DNA of 44,846 nt, filler included, from Catajapyx aquilonaris (taxonomy: Eukaryota), in NCBI GenBank assembly GCA_000934665.2. It is 2 parts of 2 records of this genome, joined end to end, with 100 filler letters (N's around TTAATTAATTAA, not from the genome) between each part and the next. Parts side by side here need not be neighbours in the genome. Positions count along the whole stretch, not along the records: positions 22,444 to 44,846 come from JYFJ02005878.1; 1 more part is not named here. One strand, 5' to 3'. How positions within the stretch are numbered: position 1 is the first letter of the stretch; the number at the start of each line of letters is the position of its first letter. The translations under genes were made by a program, and so were the position numbers. The notes beneath the pieces were generated by a model that saw only the letters and a program-made list of their open reading frames with translations, searched no databases and was not told the origin of the DNA. Below are positions 36,172-44,846 of this stretch, one piece after another.

Positions 36172-37269
36172 TAGGCAAAGTAGTTTCTCAAAAATTGAGG
36201 GGAATTTGGAATACATTATGCTGTAACATAAATACATTACTATTACATATCAGGCACGGTGACTGAACAAAAATGGAAAAATGATTCTAAAATGATGGCA
36301 ACACACCCCCCTATAAACCCTTACCGGGTTATCACGGGGTAATAGTTAAATAATAAAAATAAAAATACATATCAGGGACAGGATTTTCCAGATTTGATAA
36401 TCCGGCTGATAGGAAAGGTACACACATCCCTTCTTATGATAAGCTTATTCTAAGATAAATATTAAGACAGAAAAATGGCGCTTTTCTGTATGCCCACTTG
36501 TAATAATTATAGCCTATACGTAAAATAGACACCAAGTGCCGCAGGGCTATTATTTTACCTTACTCTGTGTATCACGATCGGATGAAATAAAGTTTTTAAA
36601 ATCCTTGACATTTTGTATATGATCAAGATTTTGACAAGTGGGAGGAAATGCAAGTGTCCGAGAAAAATCGTCCCTTTACATGAGTATAGGTCCTACTATA
36701 GTCTATACAGACGACAACTACAGGATGTTCGTTAACTAACTAGGACTACAAACTTTTATGGCGATTATAGGTATCACGGCTTTGCATCATTTTTACTTTC
36801 ACTGTTATTACAGATTGGTCAGGAATAACGCGTTAATGGACCAATATAGTGTAAGTATTATAATTGATTTCACCTGTCCGGCTTGCAAGAATCTCATTGT
36901 GCTTGAGAGCAGATTACTACATCTGATAGGTCCACAGTTTTAAATAAAAAAAATCAAGCTAACACTTTAAGACAGGCCGTAACAGTTAGCTAGGATAGTT
37001 AATATCTTGAGTTTGAAGTCCGTACTTTCGCAAAAAAAAATCTGCGCATATCAGTGAACCCTGTACATGAAATGATCCGCAACGAGTTCCGAATGTCTCC
37101 TATAGATGTCTGTGATCTGTAATAATTTGTTGTGTGTACACAGTGCACTTACAAAATAAATTGAAAACCTATTATACCTATTTACATTTAAACTAGTATC
37201 ACTGAAGCCTGTTAGTCACTATAATTAATTGCATTCCAACTACAACACTTATGTCTGAATGTCTGAATG

Positions 37270-39869
37270 TCAGTTACAGACTGATACCGAATAAAACAGC
37301 AGCTTGCTTCTCATTATGCTGTAACTGTTGTCGAAAGTCACCACATCTGAAAGAGGAACACGATTGTGTAGAGCTGCCTGATTTGGTTCGTTGGATATAC
37401 TTACATTGACCAGTAGGAAGAGGTTTTGTTTCTCCTTCGACAATGGACACATCATGCTTATCCACTCGCGAGTAGGGTACAATATCTTCCAAACTATTAT
37501 CTTGTCGATGAATAGAGAAGCCTATGTCATAACTTTCTGTTTGAAAAGCCCACCTAAAATGAATAAATTTATAAGAACGAGAAGCAGCATGTGTAGTAAT
37601 GTACAGTACGTACACTAGCCTACAACCCTTCCATGCCCTCTATTTGTCCACAATTTTACCATCACCAACAAACCTTATCTTGGAATTGTCCTGAACCACA
37701 TCCAACTGGACTTTGAGTGAATCTCGATTCCGGATTGTCGCCGATTTCATGTTGCTGTTGTCCGAGAAGTATTTCTGATGCTTCATGTAATATCGCTTTG
37801 GTATTTCGCCACCCATACATATCTGTATGTAGTTGAAAGACAGCAATTATAGAACATAAGATATAGATATAGAATATAAGAACATTTCAGCAGGTACACA
37901 GGTACCTTGGAGGAGCACTTTGGGTCTCCATGCTCGTCAACCATGGTTCCTCCCCAATGCTTTGGCAGCTTATCCTCATCTACATATTCCAGGATGGCTG
38001 GCAGCCACTTGGATCTGTCCGAGTCAAACATTTGGATCTTGCTCTTTGTATTTTCGCTCAGAATTGGTTTGATTATGTTGTACGCCAAATAAAAATAATT
38101 GGGAACTAGAAAAACAAACAATAGAAAATTAATAAACAATAACCAAATTACAGTGCAATAACAAAATCTTCATCAACAACATCGTCAACTTCACGGCTTA
38201 TTTGAATGGAAGTGGGCTTTGGGAGTGGGGATGAGGACACAGTGAAACCCCTGTTGTTGGACACCCCTCTATGTTGGACATTTTTTGTCCAACTTAGCGG
38301 GGTTTTACTGTAATAAACTTAGTAACCTTTTGAATCTGGGTTGGCAATATAATCACAGGGCATCCATTAATATTAACTTACATTTTAAAATGTCCTATTA
38401 TGCAGCAGGCCCAGCAATTAAACCGTGTTTACTGATCACAGTTGCAGTGTTTTACTGGCTAAGCAATGAGTCATCAAGTATTTGGAAATCAGTATATCAG
38501 TAGAAGCGACCTTACAGGTCAAGAAAAACTGCGTTTTATGAACTCAAGGACGGTATCCAAGGCAAAACAGAACATACTGCATGTTTTTGCGAAAGTTAAT
38601 GTATCAACAGAAAATTAACTGCCACAATGATTAGCTTTTTGCCATGCAATTTAGGAACGCACATAACCACAATGTTTTGACGCTATGAAACGTAATATCA
38701 TAGTCTCGTTCATATGATAAAATGTTATAAACTATTTATATTCCTATACAGTAGACCCTGATAGATTCTACTAGCGCAACAGTAGCAACAACATCAGCAA
38801 ACAACAAACAACAACGGTAATAATGACTCACCATTAACTACAATAGTTTGCTTCATTGTTTCAGGATAATTCACATCATGCATCTTGCCACAAAAAATGA
38901 AATTGTCCAATGCTGAAAGAAAAGGCTGGTTCAAAATTGCTGGCAGTGACAGCAGTGCTAACGAATGTCCCACCTTGTCTGCAGAAGGCATTTTCCAGGG
39001 TCAATCCTTCCATGTCAAAGAGCCACACATGCTGGCCAATGAATTTTCCCAGTCGACTACTTTGCTCCTTCATATCCTTCTTACTTGTTTCGATCATGTA
39101 TATAATATACTGTGCAAATTCTTCATTGGTTATGGAGGCAACCAATCCTTTAATGTCCAGCTTCCCTAAAGGTACCATCCATACTGCAATGGGAAAACAA
39201 TTATTCGGACTGCGAAGGAACAGCGTTACAGTCCTGAACAAAAGTTAAACATTACGTGGGCAGCCCTCTTTGTCGTGTCCAAGAAACCCTATAGTATAGT
39301 ATTTCTGAAGCACCTCGGGTATAGTGAAAGTATCCAGGATGCAATCTGCTCCCACTTCTTTCCGCCATTCCATGGACTGTAATGTAGATAATTTTAATAT
39401 TTTACAAGTTGTGATGTGATATTGCAATCAAGTACTACTTACCTCTCTCAACATTTTTTCGGCTCGAATGTGGTTGAAATCACGAGCTGCGATAATACAA
39501 ATGGTGTCATTTACAATGTCATAGCGATGTACTATAATGACCTTAAATAAGGCTATGTCAATACTTGCCTTTTAACCATTGAAAAATATATTCATCTGGA
39601 TCACAGGGCTTAATAACATCAGACACTGCTCTTCGAAACTATGTAGAATAAAGAAATCTTACAGAGTTACACACTTACATGAAATGAATAATATGATCAT
39701 ATTTTTATCACACATTATGTAGCCCAATCAATAGTTACACCAATGTTATATTATGTTATTATATGCCTATATGTCCCCAGATACATTGTAGTGCATTAAT
39801 TATTATTAAAATTAAATAAGTGACCTTTTTAAGTGCAAGTTCCTCTTCATTACGTCTTGCTGACATCAT
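37270..39869 (-). CDS. SEC14-like protein (CRAL-TRIO + GOLD), copy D, about 381 aa
   Basis: Exons 39869-39825, 39638-39569, 39486-39443, 39376-39256, 39183-38974, 38912-38832, 38105-37906, 37822-37674, 37553-37405, 37346-37270. Motifs WLKARDFN, GHDKEGCP, LFDMEGL, NYPETMK, KLPKHWGGTMVDEHGDPKC, VTFDNSYS. Intron 2 needs a GC donor. Confidence 0.92.
38240..38310. mobile_element. Minimal 71-bp pogo/Tigger-like MITE in SEC14 copy D intron 6
   Basis: CAGTGAAACCCC...GGGGTTTTACTG|TA, with the GTTGGACA/TGTCCAAC motifs seen in 8688-10702. Confidence 0.7.
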
Positions 39870-40483
39870 TTTCTGAATAGGGTAGTTTGCTTCCAGACAC
39901 ACAAAATGAGACACAACAAGTGAATGAGGTCGTCAAAACCAGCAATATATGTGAGCACCAATAATATTTTTTATGCGATTATGTAAGCCTAACAAACTAT
40001 GGAGTCCATCAGATTAACTTATCACTGAAGAGTGCACGACATTGCTATATAGTCAGCACAATATACCCAAGATGTCCTTCACATCTTCTGCGAAATGAGA
40101 TTCGCTAAAAATACAGGGTGGCCCAAAAGTGTATGTATTAACAAATTATTGGCTCCAAATATTGTTAATTTTTGAATGTGGATATACTGGCAGGCCATTG
40201 TGGACAACATCTCAACTCAATGTTTTCCCATGTTTTGCACCTGTCAAATTATTGCCCCAACTCTCCTCTAAACACAATGCCTTATGTGTATCCTTATACT
40301 CGTGTACTCATTTAAGGCATGCCCTTATTGGAAGCTAAGCATGTTCGTAAAGTCAACAGTATATGCGAATTAGCAGCATCAGATAATAAATGTCCGGCCT
40401 CCAACTTGGACGGCAATACCATTGAACATGATGATGTTTAAATCCAGTTAGGTGGCATGCCAATGATTGACTAGTGGTATAGC

Positions 40484-40529
40484 GACCGTCTCCTGACCAT
40501 GAACTATAGTTCATGGTCAGGAGACGGTC
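40484..40529. repeat. Perfect 46-bp spacerless palindrome
   Basis: GACCGTCTCCTGACCATGAACTA|TAGTTCATGGTCAGGAGACGGTC. Confidence 0.95.
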
Positions 40530-40638
40530 ACAGGGTGGTCAAAGTGGGTGTCAACTTCCATTTATTTTGTGCTAGTTATAGTTTAGTTGTTAGTTAGAGT
40601 TTGTGTAGTTAGAGTGTATTTATACACAAGCACATTAA

Positions 40639-41455
40639 AGGAAGGGTTCAGTGATTTTGCATGTTGGGCTTCAGAGATCAAGGAAGACTCCCTGATTCCA
40701 AAAATGTGGTCAGTTTTGGAATCTGACGCCGCGTAAACAAATGCCGTTAGGTGAAAGTCCATATCCGCCACTGTATTCGATACGGTGGCAGATTACCGAA
40801 ATTTCCGCGAGAAGCGCTGGCTGTACGCCAGCGCTTCTCGCGGAAATTTCGGTAATCTGCCACCACCGCACCGTGGCCAATGAGATTGGCTTAGTCTCGG
40901 AGCCCATTTTTGAACTAGGAAACTGCTTGCGGCTGGATTTGGAACAAGGAAGTGAGAGGGAAGAAGGTGGGGGTAGGGCTCGAACTGGTATGGAAGTATC
41001 CCGTAGGCATAACTCGGAGTCGGCTGCCTTGTTTGGTCACTCGCGCCCGTGCTCGCGCCCGTGCTCGCCCCCGTGCTCGCGCCAGTCTCTCACTCTCGCC
41101 CTCCGTCTGCCCTCCCCGCTGCCTTTCCATGGCCCTTGGCACTCGGGGCAAGTTCCACTCGGGTCGAAAACCCAACCATCTGGCTTGAATGCGGCTTGTC
41201 TCTGGGGGCTGCCATCTTTTCCCGGGACACGGGTTCTCTCTAGCCACAAAAGTGGAAGCTTTGACCACTGCATCGAAGCTTCCACTTTTGTGGCTAGAGG
41301 GAACCCGTGTTCGGCGCTGATTTTCAAAAAAATCAACTTTGACTTGAAATTTTACGCTTATGGTGCATTTGCCACCAAAACGGACCGGATATTCAGAATC
41401 AGAGAGTCCTGCTCGATTTTTGAAGCTCAACATGCAAAATCACTGAACCCTTCCT
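40639..41455. mobile_element. Kolobok-like non-autonomous element with two internal hairpins
   Basis: TTAA|AGGAAGGGTTCAGTGATTTTGCATGTTG...CAACATGCAAAATCACTGAACCCTTCCT|TTAT. Hairpins at 40784-40864 and 41227-41310. A 12-mer tandem CCCGTGCTCGC(G/C) x3 lies at about 41046. Confidence 0.85.
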
Positions 41456-41659
41456 TTATAGTAACTTGATAGAAGCTATATATGCACTGATACATACGTT
41501 TTGTACCAATAACTGCAGTACAAGTATGTGGGTATACAATCAGAAAAGCTACCAAATGACTATTTATGCAGGGAAATACAATTGATACAATCCAAAGCCT
41601 GGTTTTTGCTCCTTAGATTGGTACGTGTAACAAATATATTTTTAGACATAGTGTCTTGC

Positions 41660-42571
41660 TCATGGGTTAATTACAGACACAGAATAAAACAACAGTTTGC
41701 CTCTTAATTTGCTGTAACTGTTGTCGAATTCAACCATATCTGGAAGAAACGGAAAAGGCAAATCATCCGAAAGGTTACTGCGATTGAAATTTGATTCACC
41801 TGACTCCTGGCTTGTCAATTAGTTTGTGATTAGTCTTGCGTAATAATTAATTCCCGTTGTTACAATATGTTCGTTATAATCTAAACTTTTTATGAGTGAC
41901 TTTTGAAGCAGATAAACTGAATAATAATGCCAGTACTCCCAACACACTTACATTGACCAGTAGGAAGAAGCTCTGTTTCCCCTTCGACTAGAGACAAGTC
42001 ATGCCTGTCCACCCTCGAGTAAGGGACAATGTCCTTCCAACTCTCCATCTCCATTCGTTGAACTGAAAAGCCTATGTCGTGACTTTCAGTTTGAAAAGCC
42101 CACCTGTAAAAAGTCATCATTTAAAATTATCCACAATTTTACCACTACCATCACCAACACACCTTATCTTGGAATTATCCTGAATCACATCCAAATGCAC
42201 CTTAAGTGACTCTCGATTCCGGATTGTCACCGATTTCATGTCGCTGTTGTCCGAGAAGTATTTCTGATGCTCCATGTAATATCTCTTTGGTATTTCACCA
42301 CCCATGCATATCTGTTAGTCGAAAGCTAACAATTACAGCACTGAATAACATTACAGGAGGTATACCTGTACCTTGGAGGAGCATTTAGGGTCTCGATGCT
42401 CGTCAACCATAGTTCCTCCCCAATGCTTTGGCAGCATATCCTCATCTATATATTCCAGGATGGCTGGCAGCCACTTGGATCTGTCCGAGTCTATGATTTG
42501 GATCTTTCTTTTTGTAGTTTCGCTCAGAAGTGGTTTGAGTATGTTGAATACCAAGTAAAAAAACTTGGGAA
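41660..42571 (-). CDS. SEC14-like protein copy E, exons 7-10 only; close paralog of copy D
   Basis: Exons 42571-42372, 42311-42163, 42103-41952, 41739-41660 are open and close to copy D (DSDRSKWLPAILEY, MGGEIPKRYYM, WAFQTES, FDNSYS). Exons 1-6 are not in the window. Confidence 0.82.
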
Positions 42572-42878
42572 CTGGGAAGAGTAAACGCAGTCTCATTATG
42601 GTAGATGTATACAAGCAGAACTGCAACGCCACCAATATATTTAAAAAAAAAAACCCTCATGGACGTAGTTCCAACCATATTAAGTACACAAACAACAAGC
42701 GACAGTAATAACAAACGTATTTCTTTGCAGGGTTCTACATTGTTGACAAAAATATGTGACCAAAAGATTTTACAATCTATATAGTGGGGGTTGCACAGAA
42801 CGACGCACAGAAAGCCGACATGACACTTTTAGGAAGGCCGGGTCGGAACAAAGAGTTCTGCTATTATATAATATAATA

Positions 42879-43111
42879 CCTAGAGGAGGTACTCCCTATC
42901 CTTTTCCATTAGACAGGCTGAGGCAGCGGCCATCTTGTTGGAGGTAATATTGTTGTTCTAACAGTTGTCTAGCAACTGGGACAACAACCAATAATGACAA
43001 CTGGGACGACAATTAGTTCAATAATGTCAGGCGTCCGCCATCTTGTTGGAGGTAATATTGTTGCCTGCATTGTTGCCTGCCTCACATTTCAGCCCGAGTG
43101 CCTCCTCTAGG
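42879..43111. mobile_element. TA-flanked MITE with CCTAGAGGAGG TIRs
   Basis: TA|CCTAGAGGAGGTACTC...GAGTGCCTCCTCTAGG|TA. Internal direct repeat GCCATCTTGTTGGAGGTAATATTGTTG occurs twice. Confidence 0.75.
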
Positions 43112-43659
43112 TACATTAGGGGGCACGGCAGTGCCCCCGCCAAGTTCTCGCCGCACTGCCGGACCACCTTTACCCGACACAACTCACGTAATTTTGACCC
43201 CCTCGAATCTTCGCACTGGTGGACACACGTGGCTTCAAACTTTTTATTTGGGTAGATAAAAATCGATTAAAAATAATACCCCCTTACTTCCATGTTCATA
43301 TCTCTTTTCATTTCCGACTTAAAAAATCCTAAAAACTCCCAAAACGGCCAAAATATGACACTCACTCACTGATCATCAAAATTATACGGTACTTCCCGGG
43401 GTCCTAGGATGCTGACATTTGGTATGCTGGTAGATCCTGTCAAACAAACCAGAATAAATTTGAAAACGGCACTTTTTGGAGTCTAAATGGTCAAAAAAAA
43501 TTATTTTCACGAAGTGTGCTGCTGCTTTACCAGATGCGGCATTTTTACCACGGATTACTTTTTACTTTGAAATTCCAGTTATGCTGGTGCTCCTCCTGCC
43601 TTCCCCACGTTCTCATCTCCTCATCCCCCTCCCTTCCCCCCCTACTGCATACCGCTAGC

Positions 43660-43882
43660 CAACGACGTAGCCAGCCCCCCCCCCCTCCCCGAAATCTTGT
43701 AGATTAAAAAAAATCATGTCAAGGAAATTACTAATTCATGATTTGGGGGGGGGGNAATTTCATCTAATACACACCCATTCAAATCTCCCATATTCACCTA
43801 AGCTCGTGTGACCTTGAACCCGAAAAATTTCGCCTGCGGCGGACCTCCCCGCCCCCGAACTGGATTCCTGGCTACGTCACTG
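43660..43882. mobile_element. hAT-like MITE with 8-bp target-site duplication
   Basis: CCGCTAGC occurs at 43652-43659 and 43883-43890. TIR CAACGACGTAGCCAG...CTGGCTACGTCACTG. Confidence 0.85.
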
Positions 43883-43992
43883 CCGCTAGCTATCTGACTG
43901 AAGCTGCGATTGCATTTCATACAAATACAAATATTTCATACAAATACAACTACAAATACCTAAATACCTAAAATACAAAATAATACAAATAC

Positions 43993-44439
43993 AAAATTCG
44001 AGTTCATCAACAGCCTATGTGTACAGGGAACATTTCCCAATTTGTGTGGCGTATGCCATTACCATACACAAGAGCCAAGGCCTTAGTCTCACTAATGCAC
44101 TCATCGATATTGGTTCCTGTCTTCTCGTGCGGTCAAGCCTACGTGGCTCTTTCCAGAGTTAAAAGTATCAACCGAGTGCATCTCATCAATGCCTCCTTTA
44201 CTAACATCAAGGCTCAAGAGTCAGCTATTCTGGAGTACGATAGATTGAGATCTATTTACCGACCAGACTTATCCATACTTAAAAGGGCTAATAAGGCATC
44301 GACAGAAGTGGTTGAGGATCGCGAATGGGCTATGCGATCCGGTGTAGCAGATCTCCAATTCGCACAACCAGAACAGAAAAAAAGGAAGCGTAATATGAGA
44401 AAGCAGAAGAAAATCATACCTATTCAGAGAAAAAGATAG
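43993..44439 (+). pseudogene. Frameshifted Pif1-family (Helitron/Helentron Rep-Hel) helicase C-terminal fragment
   Basis: YREHFPICVAYAITIHKSQGLSLTNALIDIG, a frameshift, then VFSCGQAYVALSRVKS...IKAQESAILEYDRL. These are Pif1 motifs IV-VI. No upstream helicase domain is present. Confidence 0.88.
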
Positions 44440-44846
44440 AGTTTTACATGCTTTCGTATATAACATACACATTTTGCTCTAAGTTATTCGTTACCGTATT
44501 TGGAATATTTCACGGACCATTGCTTCCCCGCCCAACTGTAGGGGGCTCCCCGAGCTTTCTTATAATATTATCCTACACTCCTGCCTACAAACAGAGGTGA
44601 GATCCCACCAAAAACATTTCTGTAAAAAAAGGCCAAGTTCTGACTGCTTGGCCGTCAAAAGTGGTGAGATCTGAAATACGGCCAAGTTCAACGTCGTATT
44701 CATTACTGGCATTCTCAAATTCTTCAACGTAAACCACTAACTTTATTTTTCCAGGTCGACCTTAAGTTTAATAAACAGAAAATTTTAATGTTATTTCTCC
44801 TGATGTCACTTGGCCATTGCTCTTAAAACATTGAAACAGTTGTAGA

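Larger units (their letters stand above)
42710..44846. mobile_element. Helitron/Helentron-like composite element with nested MITEs; boundaries approximate
   Basis: GGGGGCACGGCAGTGCCCCC hairpin at about 43119, a CAAATA microrepeat tract at 43920-43995, a Pif1 helicase remnant, and a GGCCAAG..CTTGGCC hairpin at about 44631. Confidence 0.55.

Noticed and set aside
40741..41469. 242-aa plus-strand ORF and overlapping antisense ORFs
   Set aside because: They lie inside a GC-rich Kolobok-like element. Palindromes and 12-mer repeats explain the open frames, and there are no transposase or other domain motifs.
44017..44439. Host PIF1 gene
   Set aside because: It is intronless, frameshifted, lacks the N-terminal helicase motifs and is embedded in transposon sequence, so it is better explained as a Helitron remnant.

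Overview
Eukaryotic DNA, most likely from an arthropod or similar invertebrate: AT-rich, with many 50-65 nt introns and dense transposon relics. Gene models were assembled by hand from splice signals. The window holds ARPC1 (Arp2/3 complex p41 subunit, +, 8 coding exons) and DPH1 (-, 3 coding exons) facing each other. Further right is a minus-strand tandem array of five SEC14-like CRAL-TRIO+GOLD lipid-binding genes: three intact 10-exon copies, one decayed pseudogene, and one whose 5' half is cut off by a Helitron/Helentron-like insertion or lies beyond the window. The 13-22 kb stretch has no intact gene but seems to hold two decayed ionotropic-receptor-like relics (low confidence). Intergenic and intronic DNA carries nested non-autonomous DNA transposons resembling pogo, piggyBac, Kolobok, hAT, P and Harbinger, plus a mariner foldback, two tRNA-SINE families with a shared 3' tail, and several perfect palindromes. 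An artificial 100-nt gap linker sits at 22344-22443. I found no CRISPR array, no real tRNA or rRNA gene, and no clearly new system. The best leads are the SEC14 birth-and-death array and some unusual transposon architectures. Family assignments come from remembered motifs, not database searches.
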